A stretch of DNA of 64,000 bases from Alloprevotella sp. (GCA_963651485.1 CAVJPT010000002.1:138154-202153), one strand, 5' to 3'; positions 40,678 to 51,060 are shown, counted from the first letter of the stretch. Program-made: numbers and translations. The notes: generated from the letters alone by a model not told the origin.

Positions 40678-41181
40678 TCAGCGGGTGCGGGCGTACTCAA
40701 GCACCGCAACCACAAGCAGCGTGAGCATCGTGCTGGCTGCCACGCTCAGCGCAAGCGCTACGGGGTCGTGTAAACTGAACGCCTCAAGCGTAAGGAAACA
40801 CAGACAGTGCAGCAGGCAAAGGGTGAAGGCGTAGCGCAGGAAGCCGCCCCATTTCATAGTGCGCCGCGAGGGATAGAAAGCGTTGTCATCGTCGTCCGAT
40901 GGCGCGAAAAGCCGCAGCGCCCACGGGGTGACAAGACCGCAGAGCGTCATCGATGCGGCGGCTACGCCGGGCGTGGTGGTAAAGAGGTCGAGGCTGAAGC
41001 CAAGGGCAAAGCCCAGTGCCACGTAAGCCCAGCGCGGCGTGCTGTCGGGGAGGATGAGCAGAAAGTATATGTACGGCATCGGGGTGGCGTATCCGTATAT
41101 ATGTATATGGTTGAACACGAGCGCCTGCAGGAGCAGCAGCCCGGCAAACCACAGGATGCGGGAGACGACGGTCTGTATCAT
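40678..41181 (-). CDS. mreD: Rod shape-determining protein MreD
   Basis: Hydrophobic ~167-aa protein between mreC and mrdA; start at MIQTVV. Confidence 0.85.
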   Translation of the reverse strand: MIQTVVSRILWFAGLLLLQALVFNHIHIYGYATPMPYIYFLLILPDSTPRWAYVALGFALGFSLDLFTTTPGVAAASMTLCGLVTPWALRLFAPSDDDDNAFYPSRRTMKWGGFLRYAFTLCLLHCLCFLTLEAFSLHDPVALALSVAASTMLTLLVVAVLEYARTR

Positions 41182-41248
41182 TTCTTCTCTTTTTTTCTTT
41201 CCTTCTGCCTTGCCCTGCGCTTTGGCGGCGGCTTTGCAGCGTGCGGTG

Positions 41249-42106
41249 TCAGTCGGCGGGCTGGGCTGCCTCGGCACGGGCGCGCAGCGTGTCTATCTCG
41301 GCTTTGTAGGGCGTGGTCACTACGGCTACGTCGCGCAGGTTGGAGAAATTGGTGCCGAGCGCCACGTCAAGTTTGAACGACTGCCCGTCGGCCGAGTTTC
41401 CCACAGAACGCACGCGTCCTACGAATATGCCCGGCGGGAAGACGGCGGAGTATCCGCTTGTCTCCACTACGTCGCCTTGCTTCACGCGGGCATAGCGCGG
41501 CACTTCGTCAAGCGTGGCGCGGCGTCGGCTCGTTCCGTCCCATTGCAGGAAGCCGAAGTAGCCTTGCCCGCGCACGCGGCAGCTTATGCTGCTCTTGCGG
41601 TTGGTGATGGGGATGACGAGTGAGTTGTGCGAGCCGGTAAGGTAGACTATGCCCACAACGCCTCCGCCTCCGACAACGCCCATTTCCGGCCGTACGCCGT
41701 CTGTCTCGCCGCGGTCGATGACAAGGAAATCGTTGGCGCGTCCGCAGCCGTTTGACACCACCTTTGCGGGCAGCATGTCGTAGCCCGCAAGCCGCTCGCG
41801 CATGAGCCGTTCGGTCAGCGTGGTGTCGCGGGTGGCGTCGGCCAGCGCGCCGCGCAGTGCGTCGTTTTCCTGTTGGAGGCGTATGTTGGCGGCGGTGAGG
41901 TCGCCGTTCACCTCGCGCAGCTGCAAGAATGCGGCGGTCTGCTGGTAAAGGCCGTCTACCTGCGCTACGGCGGAGTTTGCCGCCGTGAAGCACACGCTGC
42001 CGTGGTAGCTGTTGAACCTGAACATCAGCGCCAGGCTCAGGGCTTCAAGCAGGAGGAAAACAAAGAAATGGTTGTTGCGTTGTAGGAAATCGAGCAGGTT
42101 GCGCAT
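41249..42106 (-). CDS. mreC: Rod shape-determining protein MreC
   Basis: TM segment, coiled coil, GVVG, TSG.S.VFPPGI.VG. Confidence 0.92.
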   Translation of the reverse strand: MRNLLDFLQRNNHFFVFLLLEALSLALMFRFNSYHGSVCFTAANSAVAQVDGLYQQTAAFLQLREVNGDLTAANIRLQQENDALRGALADATRDTTLTERLMRERLAGYDMLPAKVVSNGCGRANDFLVIDRGETDGVRPEMGVVGGGGVVGIVYLTGSHNSLVIPITNRKSSISCRVRGQGYFGFLQWDGTSRRRATLDEVPRYARVKQGDVVETSGYSAVFPPGIFVGRVRSVGNSADGQSFKLDVALGTNFSNLRDVAVVTTPYKAEIDTLRARAEAAQPAD

Positions 42107-42271
42107 TGGGCGTATGCTTTGTCCGTGCGGGGCTTGTCCGCGCGCTTATGCGGCTTCAAGCCCCTCGGCCTTCCCGCGCGGCGGGTGGGCGAAGGGGCTT
42201 GGGTGTGTTGTGCGTGTCTGTCTTTCCGCCGGTGCGGCCGGCGGCGGGCTGGCGTGTGTGCCGCCCTGTCG

Positions 42272-43303
42272 TCACCTCATGAGGAAGGTGAAGTTTTCGA
42301 TGTTTTTCAGTGCGATGCCCGTGCCCTTTGCCACGCAGAGCAGCGGGTCTTCCGCTACGTGGAAAGGTATGCCCATCGCGTTGGCGAGACGTTTGTCAAG
42401 TCCGCGCAGGAGCGCTCCGCCGCCGGTGAGGTAGATGCCGTTCTTCACGATGTCGGCGTAAAGCTCGGGTGGGGTGTTGGTAAGTGCGTTGAGCACGGCC
42501 TGCTCTATCTTCTTGATGGGGTCGTTGAGGCACTTGGCAATCTCCTGGTAGCACACGGGCACTTCCATAGGCATCGTGGTCACGCGGTTGGGTCCGTGCA
42601 CCACGTAGTCTTCGGGCGCGTCGGGGAGGTCGGGCAGGGCTGCGCCGACCTTTATCTTGATGCGCTCGGCCATGCGCTCGCTCACGCTCATCTGGTGCGT
42701 CTCGGTCATGTGCGCCATAATTGCCTCGTTGAAGTCGTCGCCCGCCATCTTGATGGAGTTGTTGGACACGATTCCGCCAAGCGAAATCACGGCAATCTCC
42801 GTTGTGCCGCCGCCGATGTCAACCACCATGTTGCCCTCCGGCGCGTTCACGTCCAGGCCGATGCCGATGGCTGCTGCCATAGGCTCGTAGAGGAGAAACA
42901 CGTCGCGTCCGCCGGCGTGCTCGGCAGAGTCGCGCACTGCGCGGAGTTCTACCTCCGTGCTTCCCGAGGGTACGCCTATCACCATACGCAGCGAGGGGGA
43001 GAAGAGGCGCTTGCCTTTGTGCACTTTCTTTATAAGCCCGCGCATCATGAGCTCGCAGGCATTGAAGTCCGCAATCACGCCGTCGCGCAGGGGACGCACG
43101 ACGCGTATGTTGCTGTTGGTTTTCCCGTACATCAGCTTGGCCTGGTCGCCCACGGCAATCATCTTTTCCGTGTGCTGGTCAAGGGCGACGAAAGACGGCT
43201 CGTTGACGGCGATGGAGCCGTCGGCGAGTATGATGGTGTTGGCCGTACCGAGGTCTATCGCCAACTCCTGCGTGAATGAGAAGAACTTTGAGAATATGCC
43301 CAT
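42272..43303 (-). CDS. mreB: Rod shape-determining protein MreB
   Basis: IDLGTANT, DIGGGTTE, LTGGGALL. Confidence 0.97.
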   Translation of the reverse strand: MGIFSKFFSFTQELAIDLGTANTIILADGSIAVNEPSFVALDQHTEKMIAVGDQAKLMYGKTNSNIRVVRPLRDGVIADFNACELMMRGLIKKVHKGKRLFSPSLRMVIGVPSGSTEVELRAVRDSAEHAGGRDVFLLYEPMAAAIGIGLDVNAPEGNMVVDIGGGTTEIAVISLGGIVSNNSIKMAGDDFNEAIMAHMTETHQMSVSERMAERIKIKVGAALPDLPDAPEDYVVHGPNRVTTMPMEVPVCYQEIAKCLNDPIKKIEQAVLNALTNTPPELYADIVKNGIYLTGGGALLRGLDKRLANAMGIPFHVAEDPLLCVAKGTGIALKNIENFTFLMR

Positions 43304-43354
43304 CGTCTGTCTGTCTGTCTTGTTTTCTTGGATTGCCTTGCGCTTGTCGCGGGC

Positions 43355-43951
43355 TTATTTGCCCTCAAACCATGCGTGGATGGCGGTGTCGTAGTGGCTG
43401 CTCACGCCAAAGGCGCGGGTGGCAAACCAGCGGCGGTCTTCCAGCTCGGTCTGCGCGCCGTTTTTCTTCACGATGTCCAGGAGCGGCTTGTACTCGGCCT
43501 TGGAGGGGACAATCACCACGTCGCTGAAGTTTTTCGCTCCGGCGCGTATGAGCGAGATGCCGCCTATGTCAATTTTCTCTATGATGTCCGCTTCGCCGGC
43601 GCCGCCCGCAACGGTCTCCTCAAAGGGGTAGAGGTCGACGATGACGAGGTCTATCTCGGGTATGGCGTACCGCTCCATTTCTTCCTTGTCCTCCGCCAGT
43701 GCGCGGCGGCCCAGTATGCCTCCGAAGACTTTCGGGTGCAGCGTCTTCACGCGCCCGCCGAGGATGGAGGGGTAGGTGGTGAGGTCTTCCACCTTTTGGC
43801 AGGGGTAGCCCAGGGACTCAATGAACTTTTGCGTGCCGCCCGTGGAGAGGAACTTTACCCCCTGCGCGTGCAGCGCGGCGAGCAGCTCGTCCAGCCCGTC
43901 TTTGTGGTAAACGGAGACGAGGGCGGTCTTGATGGTTTTTGTAGCGGACAT
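43355..43951 (-). CDS. purH: IMP cyclohydrolase domain only (N-terminal half of PurH)
   Basis: ALVSV..K, STGGT, GRVKTLHP, IDIGG; ends at 198 aa with no transformylase domain. Confidence 0.85.
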   Translation of the reverse strand: MSATKTIKTALVSVYHKDGLDELLAALHAQGVKFLSTGGTQKFIESLGYPCQKVEDLTTYPSILGGRVKTLHPKVFGGILGRRALAEDKEEMERYAIPEIDLVIVDLYPFEETVAGGAGEADIIEKIDIGGISLIRAGAKNFSDVVIVPSKAEYKPLLDIVKKNGAQTELEDRRWFATRAFGVSSHYDTAIHAWFEGK

Positions 43952-44006
43952 ATCGGTTTTCCGGGATGAATTTCGGATGTTTTCCCCGCGTTTGGGGTTT
44001 TGCTTG

Positions 44007-44014
44007 CAAAATTA
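44007..44014 (-). promoter_or_regulatory. -7 element (TAATTTTG) for the purH-mre operon
   Basis: Matches TAnnTTTG about 55 nt upstream of the start. Confidence 0.6.
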
Positions 44015-44209
44015 CTTTTTTCCCTTGAAAGTCAAGCTGCCCGCCGCTGCCAAATTGCTTGCGCCCGCTCCAAGCTCTCCGTGCCGCCACTCGCGGAGAT
44101 TGTCGCTCGGGGGTACGACAGGGTGTTTCCGGCGTCTTTTTCGGCTTGCCCGGACTGCATATCCGCTGCATATCTATGCATTCCGCTCGGGGCGGGCCGA
44201 CGGAGACGA

Positions 44210-44412
44210 TTTGCATTTCGCCTTTTTATTTCGTAACTTTGTGTAGCGAAAAGAGAGCAGATGCGGCGTTGCGTCTGCTCTCTTTTTGCCTGCATTGAAA
44301 ATCAGCAAGTTACGCTGTAGAAAAGTGTACATCCCGGAGCGCGGGGATGTACATGCCGTAGCTGCGGAGCCTATTCCCGTAGCTACGGAGCCCGGCTTAG
44401 TCCGCACAAAGT
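44210..44412 (+). repeat. Dispersed intergenic element, copy C
   Basis: TTTG 44210, TAACTTTG 44234, hairpin 44246-44289, AATCAGCAAGTTA 44300-44312, TGTACA hairpin 44326-44353, 21-bp repeats CCGTAGCT.CGGAGCC. Confidence 0.88.
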
Positions 44413-44645
44413 CTGTTTCGCTCTTTCCAGAGTGCTTTAGGGGAGCGCCCGGATGCTTTTCTGTAGTTAAAGATTCTTAAAGTTTTTGCCCTGTCCGCCG
44501 GCTTTTATGCAGAAAAACCTGCATAAGTATGCAAAGCGGCGGGACTGTGGCGTGGGGCGGCGGGCGGGTATTCGCAAATCCCTAAAAATAGGTAAAAACA
44601 CACATTCTTATATATAGCGGCTTCGGCGGGAACGGAAAAAGGGCT

Positions 44646-44653
44646 TAACTTTG
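44646..44653 (+). promoter_or_regulatory. -7 element (TAACTTTG) for rsfS-ftsH-cdsA
   Basis: Matches TAnnTTTG about 115 nt upstream of rsfS. Confidence 0.6.
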
Positions 44654-44766
44654 CGCGGAAATGCGGCGGAGCGCAACGCGTGTGCCCGCCGTGTGGAATT
44701 TTTCAGAAACACAACAGAGCTAAGACACCCGCGCGGCGGCGAGACGTACCGCGCAGAAAGATTTTT

Positions 44767-45129
44767 ATGGCAAAGACAACAGAACAACTCGTAGAGACCA
44801 TCATCAAAGGCATACAGGAAAAGAAGGGCCGCGGCATAGTCGTGGTAGACATGCGCGGCATTGAGACCGCCCCCGCAGCCTATTTCGTGCTCTGCAACGG
44901 CGGTTCGCCGCAGCAGGTACAGGCCATCGAGGACTCCGTCGAGGAGTTTGCCCGCAAGGAAGCGCAGGAAAAGCCGGCGAAAGTGGCTGGCATGCAAAAT
45001 GCAGAATGGGTGGCGATGGACTACGGTACGGTGATGGTGCACATTTTCCTGCCTGATGCCCGCGACTTCTACGACCTTGAAAGCCTTTGGGACGATGCCA
45101 AGGTGACCACCGTGCCCGATCTCGACTGA
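44767..45129 (+). CDS. rsfS: Ribosome silencing factor
   Basis: KKG..IV..D, WVAMDYGTVMVHIF, FYDLESLW. Confidence 0.93.
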   Translation: MAKTTEQLVETIIKGIQEKKGRGIVVVDMRGIETAPAAYFVLCNGGSPQQVQAIEDSVEEFARKEAQEKPAKVAGMQNAEWVAMDYGTVMVHIFLPDARDFYDLESLWDDAKVTTVPDLD

Positions 45130-45293
45130 CACGGCTCTTTGCGCCCGGCTACGGCGCGTGTCCATTGGCGTGGATGCGGCGGACGGCGCAGAGAAATGTT
45201 TTCCCAAGAAAGACTGCACGCTTAGGGCGCAATAGCCCGCCGCGGGAAGAGCGGAAAGCGGCAGTCTGACACAAACAAGAAGATACTTTGAAG

Positions 45294-47477
45294 ATGAGCA
45301 ATAACCAACCGGGTATGCCGGGACAGCGCGGCAACGGCGGAAACGGAGGCGGCCAGCCCGGCGGGCGCATGCCGCGCTTCAGCCTTTCCTGGCTTTATAT
45401 CGTCATCATCATAGCCCTCGGCTACATGCTCTACCAGGGCAACCGCGGCGACAGCGGCGGCATGAACAAGGAAGTGGACTACTCCGCTTTCCGCGCCTAT
45501 GTGCAGCAGGGCATGGCCAAGGAGGTCGTGGTCAACAAGTCCGACGGAGTGGCACGCATCGTGCTCCGCCCGGAATACATCCGGCAGATATTCCACGCCG
45601 GCACCGACCAGGTGGGCACAGCCCCGACCGTGTCAGCGAAATACCCCTCCATCGAAAACGTGACGAGCTATCTCGACGCGACGTACAAGGGCCCGCTGCG
45701 CTATGAAGAGAACGACCGCCTCTTTGTCACGCTCCTGAGCAGCGTGCTGCCTATCCTCCTGCTCGTCTTCCTGTGGTATTTCCTCATGAAGCGCATGGGC
45801 GGCGGCGCTATGGGCGGCGGCATCTTCAATGTGGGCAAGAGCAAGGCCCGGCTCTTTGAGAAAAACGGCAAAAACTCCACCCACGTCACTTTCAAGGACG
45901 TAGCGGGGCAGGAGGGAGCCAAGCAGGAAATACGCGAAATTGTGGATTTCCTGAAAAATCCGCAGAAGTACACCGAACTGGGCGGCAAGATACCCAAGGG
46001 CGCGCTGCTTGTAGGGCCTCCGGGCACGGGTAAGACGCTTCTGGCAAAAGCCGTCGCGGGCGAGGCAGACGTGCCGTTCTTCTCCATGTCGGGCAGTGAC
46101 TTCGTAGAGATGTTTGTGGGCGTGGGCGCAAGCCGCGTGCGCGACCTCTTCGCGCAGGCCAAGGAGAAAGCCCCGTGCATCATCTTCATCGACGAAGTGG
46201 ACGCCATCGGCCGTGCCCGCGGGAAAAATCCCTCTATGGGCGGCAACGACGAGCGCGAAAACACGCTCAACCAGCTGCTCACGGAGATGGACGGCTTCGG
46301 CACCAACACCGGCGTCATCGTCCTCGCCGCTACAAACCGCGTGGAAATACTCGACAAGGCACTGTTGCGCGCCGGGCGTTTCGACCGTCAGATACACGTC
46401 GACCTGCCCGAGCTTTCGGAGCGCGTGGCCATATTCAAGGTACACCTCAAGCCGCTCAAGCTCGACAAGGACCTTGACATCGAACTGCTTGCCCGCCAGA
46501 CCCCGGGCTTCTCGGGCGCGGACATCGCCAACGTGTGCAACGAGGCGGCGCTCATCGCTGCCCGCCACGACAGCAAGACCGTAGGGCGGCAGGACTTCCT
46601 CGATGCCGTGGACCGCATCATCGGCGGTCTGGAGCGCACGTCAAAGGTGATGACGGAAGAGGAAAAGCGCAGCATCGCCATACACGAGGCGGGACACGCC
46701 TCCGTGTCCTGGCTCCTGCGCTACGCCAATCCGCTTGTGAAGGTCACCATCGTTCCGCGCGGACAGGCGCTCGGCGCGGCATGGTACTTGCCCGAGGAGC
46801 GCAGCATCACCACGCGCGAGCAGATGCTTGACGAAATATGCGCCACGCTCGGCGGCCGCGCTGCGGAGGAACTCTTCACGGGGCACGTCTCCAGCGGTGC
46901 GCTCAACGACCTCGAGCGCGTGACAAAGCGGGCGTACGGAATGGTTGCCTACTTGGGCATGAGCGAGTCTCTGAGCAATCTGTGCTACTACAACAACGAC
47001 GAGTACGGCTTTACAAAACCCTACTCGGAGAAGACGGCCGAGCGCATAGACGAAGAAGTTTCGCGCCTCGTCAGCGAGCAGTACGAGCGTGCCAAGAAAC
47101 TCCTTACCGACAATGCCGGGAAGCACGCAGAGCTTGCCTCCATTCTGGTAGAGCGCGAGGTGATATTCACCGAAGACGTGGAAAAAATCTTCGGGCCGCG
47201 CCCGTGGAAGAGCCGCGCCGACGTGCTGATGGAAGAAGAGGCTCTCAAGCTCGCGGAAGAGCGGGCAAAGAAGCCCGAAACCGGTACAGACGGCGGACAG
47301 GACGCTCCGGAAACCGAAAAGGAGACAACGTCCGCCGGCAAAGAGGCATCGGAAGAAGGCAAAGACGCTGCTGACACTACGCAGGCGGCTGAAAAGCGCG
47401 AGGCGTCGCATTCGGACGACAACACGAAAGTCTTTACCCCCGCGCCCAAAGCGGACAACAAAGAGACGGAAGAATGA
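45294..47477 (+). CDS. ftsH: ATP-dependent zinc metalloprotease FtsH
   Basis: Two TM segments, GPPGTGKT, second region of homology, HEAGH. Confidence 0.97.
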   Translation: MSNNQPGMPGQRGNGGNGGGQPGGRMPRFSLSWLYIVIIIALGYMLYQGNRGDSGGMNKEVDYSAFRAYVQQGMAKEVVVNKSDGVARIVLRPEYIRQIFHAGTDQVGTAPTVSAKYPSIENVTSYLDATYKGPLRYEENDRLFVTLLSSVLPILLLVFLWYFLMKRMGGGAMGGGIFNVGKSKARLFEKNGKNSTHVTFKDVAGQEGAKQEIREIVDFLKNPQKYTELGGKIPKGALLVGPPGTGKTLLAKAVAGEADVPFFSMSGSDFVEMFVGVGASRVRDLFAQAKEKAPCIIFIDEVDAIGRARGKNPSMGGNDERENTLNQLLTEMDGFGTNTGVIVLAATNRVEILDKALLRAGRFDRQIHVDLPELSERVAIFKVHLKPLKLDKDLDIELLARQTPGFSGADIANVCNEAALIAARHDSKTVGRQDFLDAVDRIIGGLERTSKVMTEEEKRSIAIHEAGHASVSWLLRYANPLVKVTIVPRGQALGAAWYLPEERSITTREQMLDEICATLGGRAAEELFTGHVSSGALNDLERVTKRAYGMVAYLGMSESLSNLCYYNNDEYGFTKPYSEKTAERIDEEVSRLVSEQYERAKKLLTDNAGKHAELASILVEREVIFTEDVEKIFGPRPWKSRADVLMEEEALKLAEERAKKPETGTDGGQDAPETEKETTSAGKEASEEGKDAADTTQAAEKREASHSDDNTKVFTPAPKADNKETEE

Positions 47478-48325
47478 AAAATCTGCTTACACGCACCCTC
47501 ACCGGGCTTGTATTCGTGGCGGCGATAGTAGCTTGCACGCTCTACTCCCCGGTCTCTTTCGTCCTGCTCTTCGCTGCCGTGACGGCGCTTACCGTATGGG
47601 AGTTCTCCACAGACGTGAACCTCTACGCGGGCGCGTCAGTAAACAGGCTCATCAACACCGTGGCCGCCGTGTACCTTTTCCTTGCTTTTGCAGGTTTTTG
47701 CGGCGACCTCGTCCCTTCGCGGGCGTTTATCCCCTACCTTGTGTCGCTGATATACCTCACGGTTAGCGAACTCTATCAGCAAAAGCCCGACCCACTGCGC
47801 AACTGGGCGTTTGCCTTCGCTTCGCAGATGTACATCGGCCTCGGCTTCGCGCTTCTGTGCGTGTTGGCGTTCCATTATGACGCGATGGCAGGGCGCACCG
47901 TTTTCGAGCCGTGGTATCCGCTGGCGGTCTTCCTCTTCCTCTGGTCCAACGACACCGGGGCATACGTCTTCGGCAGCCTGCTGCACAAGCGTTTTCCCGC
48001 CAAGCTTTTCGAGCGCGTTTCGCCCAACAAGTCCTGGGTGGGAAGCATCGGCGGCGGAGTGCTTTGCCTCGCTGTGGCTGCGCTGTTGTGGCGTCTTCTC
48101 CCGCAAGGCTCGCTGACGCTTCCGCAGTGGCTGGGCCTCGGGCTTACCGTCTGCGTCTTCGGCACGTGGGGCGACCTCAGCGAAAGCCTCTTCAAGCGCC
48201 AGCTCGGCATAAAGGACAGCGGCACGATACTGCCCGGACACGGCGGCATGCTCGACCGTTTCGACTCCGCGATGCTTGCCATCCCCGCCGCCGTGCTTTA
48301 CCTCTACACCATCTGCTCTTTCTGA
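47474..48325 (+). CDS. cdsA: Phosphatidate cytidylyltransferase
   Basis: SPNKSW.G, KDSG.ILPGHGGMLDRFDS. Confidence 0.95.
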   Translation: MKNLLTRTLTGLVFVAAIVACTLYSPVSFVLLFAAVTALTVWEFSTDVNLYAGASVNRLINTVAAVYLFLAFAGFCGDLVPSRAFIPYLVSLIYLTVSELYQQKPDPLRNWAFAFASQMYIGLGFALLCVLAFHYDAMAGRTVFEPWYPLAVFLFLWSNDTGAYVFGSLLHKRFPAKLFERVSPNKSWVGSIGGGVLCLAVAALLWRLLPQGSLTLPQWLGLGLTVCVFGTWGDLSESLFKRQLGIKDSGTILPGHGGMLDRFDSAMLAIPAAVLYLYTICSF

Positions 48326-48521
48326 CGCGGCGGCGGACGTATTCGGCGCATCGACAACCGTGCGGCCGCACAGAGCGGACAGACGACAAACATCTTTCCC
48401 GCCGCCCCGCCGCGTCTACGGCTGTGGCGGCGGCTTCTTTTTATGGTATGTCTCCGCCGAGGCAAAGGCAGAGCAGACGCAGATACACACAATAATATAT
48501 ATAACAACCAAGACAGAGCTA

Positions 48522-50660
48522 ATGAAGAAAATCTTTACATTCTGTGCCGCGTTCCTCCTCGCGCTTTCCAACGTACGCGCTGACGAGGGAATGTGGCTGC
48601 TCACGCTCATGCAGCAGCAGCACCTTGAGGACTCCCTGAAAAAAGCCGGCCTCCTGCTTCCCGCTTCCGAGCTTTACAGCGAAAGCGCGCCGTCCCTGCG
48701 CGAGTGCGTGGGCATCTTCGGCGGCGGCTGCACCGGAGAGGTGGTCAGCGCCGAGGGACTTGTGCTGACCAACCACCACTGCGGTTTCAGCTTCGTGCAC
48801 CAGATGAGCGGCATCGGCCACGACTATATGAAGGACGGCTACTTCGCGCAAAGCCGCGCCGAAGAGCTTCGCACGCCGGACGACCTCACCTTTACTTTCG
48901 TGCTGCGCATTAGCGACGTGACCGATATGGTAAACGCCGTCGCGAAGAAGATGGGCCTGGGCGACTCTTTGTATATTCCTATGAGCGAGGGTTTCCTCGA
49001 ACCGATAGCCGACGAGATGCTCAAGAAGAGCGACCTCAAGAAGAAGAAAGGCGTGACAGCCCGCATTGTTCCCTACTTTGGCGGCAACCGTTACTACATT
49101 TTCTACGAGCAGACCTTCCTTGACGTGCGCCTTGTGGCAAATCCGCCCTACAACGTGGGACAGTTCGGCGGCAACACCGACAACTGGATGTGGCCGAGGC
49201 AGAACGCAGACTTTGCCATGTTCCGCATCTACGCCGACAAAAACGGCAACCCCGCGCCTTACAGCAAGAAAAACGTCCCCCTGAAGGTGCGCAAATACCT
49301 CCCCATCTCCCTCAAAGGCATGGAGAAGGGCGACTACACGATGGTGATGGGCTTCCCCGGCACCACCTCCCGCTACCTTACAGCCGCTGAGGTGAAAATG
49401 CGCTGCGAGTGCCTCAACGACCCCATTGTGATGGCGGGCGAGCCCCTGCTGCGCTTCTACAAAAAGCTGATGGACACGAGTGACTCCCTGCGCCTTGCCG
49501 TGGAAGACGAATATTTCTCCTGGGGAAACACCATAAAGAACTTCGGCGGCATGAACGAGGCCGTCAAGTCCAACGGACTCATCGAGGAGAAAGAGGCCGA
49601 AGAGGCACGTTTCCGCGCCTTCGCAAAGCAGAGCGGAAAGCCAGAGTACCAAAACGTGATAGAGTGCATCGACTCAGTGTGCGCAGCCAACCACGACGTG
49701 GCCTACGACCTCATGCTTTCGCGCATCACGCTGCAGGACCAGGGCTTCTCCATCCCCCTCACCGTTGCGGGCGCGTACCAGCAGGCTCTCATACAAAAGG
49801 ACAAGAAGATGATTGCGGCGGCAAAGCAGCTCATCCGCTCGTATTGGAGCAGCGTGGTGAAGAAAGTGAACCTCGACATCGACAAAGCCAAGACGAAACT
49901 CCTCACCCCGTACTTCCTCAAGCACCACAAGCTTGACCTCGTCCCCGCCTACCTCGAGGAGGGAAAGGACTGGGAGGCCTTTATCGACACCGTATACTCG
50001 GAGAGCATTTTCACCGACAGCCTGAAAATGGAAAAGGCGCTTGCGCTTAACGACTTCGGTGTCATTGAGCGCGACCCGCTCATGCGCCAGTCCAACAATA
50101 TCTCCGATGCCACGCCCATCGTCGAGGCGGAGTACTACAGTTCATGCCGCAGCATGCTCGACAAGATATACGTGCGCGGGCTCTGCGAGATGTACGGCTG
50201 GACAAAGTCCCCCGACGCCAACTTCACGCTCCGCATGACCTACGGGCACGTGAACGACCTGCGCCCCAACGACTCCGTCGACAAGGGATGGCGCACCGTG
50301 ATAGACGGGATGTTTGAGAAGGAAAGCAAAACGGAGAGCGACTATTTCGTCAACGAGAAACTGCGCTCTCTCTACGAGGCAAAGGACTTCGGTCGCTACG
50401 CCCGCGAGGACGGAAAGCTCCCCGCCTGCTTCCTCTCCGACAACGACATCACCGGCGGCAACTCCGGCTCGCCCGTCCTCAACGCTAAGGGCGAACTCAT
50501 CGGTCTGGCTTTCGACGGCAACATCGAGAGCCTCAGCTCCGACCTGAAATTCAATCCCGCCCTCCAGCGCTGCATCAACGTAGACATACGCTACGTCCTC
50601 TTCATCATAGACAAGTTTGGCGGCAGTAAGTACGCCATAGACGAACTCGACATCCGCTGA
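48522..50660 (+). CDS. S46-family dipeptidyl peptidase (DPP7-like)
   Basis: ADEGMW, TNHHC, DITGGNSGSP; LAFDGN has Gly at the S1 position as in DPP7, rather than the Arg of DPP11. Confidence 0.9.
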   Translation: MKKIFTFCAAFLLALSNVRADEGMWLLTLMQQQHLEDSLKKAGLLLPASELYSESAPSLRECVGIFGGGCTGEVVSAEGLVLTNHHCGFSFVHQMSGIGHDYMKDGYFAQSRAEELRTPDDLTFTFVLRISDVTDMVNAVAKKMGLGDSLYIPMSEGFLEPIADEMLKKSDLKKKKGVTARIVPYFGGNRYYIFYEQTFLDVRLVANPPYNVGQFGGNTDNWMWPRQNADFAMFRIYADKNGNPAPYSKKNVPLKVRKYLPISLKGMEKGDYTMVMGFPGTTSRYLTAAEVKMRCECLNDPIVMAGEPLLRFYKKLMDTSDSLRLAVEDEYFSWGNTIKNFGGMNEAVKSNGLIEEKEAEEARFRAFAKQSGKPEYQNVIECIDSVCAANHDVAYDLMLSRITLQDQGFSIPLTVAGAYQQALIQKDKKMIAAAKQLIRSYWSSVVKKVNLDIDKAKTKLLTPYFLKHHKLDLVPAYLEEGKDWEAFIDTVYSESIFTDSLKMEKALALNDFGVIERDPLMRQSNNISDATPIVEAEYYSSCRSMLDKIYVRGLCEMYGWTKSPDANFTLRMTYGHVNDLRPNDSVDKGWRTVIDGMFEKESKTESDYFVNEKLRSLYEAKDFGRYAREDGKLPACFLSDNDITGGNSGSPVLNAKGELIGLAFDGNIESLSSDLKFNPALQRCINVDIRYVLFIIDKFGGSKYAIDELDIR

Positions 50661-50820
50661 CCGTTTCTTCCCGCTGCGGGGTGACGCACGCAATAATCCC
50701 GCGAGGGCTTGCAGCTATACAATGCCGCAAGCCCTCGTTTCTTATTATAAGTCCCCCCAATCCCGCATCCTCAAAGCACGCCCCGCGTCCCGGGCATATC
50801 CGCGCAAGCCGCCTTTTCGC

Positions 50821-50828
50821 TATCTTTG
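50821..50828 (+). promoter_or_regulatory. -7 element (TATCTTTG)
   Basis: TAnnTTTG about 230 nt upstream of the radical SAM ATG. Confidence 0.6.
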
Positions 50829-50832
50829 CACC

Positions 50833-50985
50833 CATACTGCGCGATGCTGCCCAGCGATAATTCCTTTTGCGGGAAACGCGGCAAACGGCATCTTGCGTAC
50901 AAGAGATTTTGCCGAATGCGTAAGAACTCTGTAGGAGTACAAGACCGGCGGATCTTACACTTGCAATTATTCCCTATGTGCCGCT
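50833..50985 (+). ncRNA. Candidate structured RNA, possibly Bacteroidales-1/6S-like
   Basis: Starts just after a -7 box; central hairpin at 50886-50914. The 3' half CGTAAGAACTCTGTAGGAGTA...CGGATCTTACAC resembles the family as I recall it; the 5' half pairs poorly. Confidence 0.35.
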
Positions 50986-51060
50986 CGCTTGGACATGTGA
51001 CAAGCGGGAGCGGGTGGGGGATAGGTGATAACTAAGTATCCCTTTGGGGACAGGAAAGCA

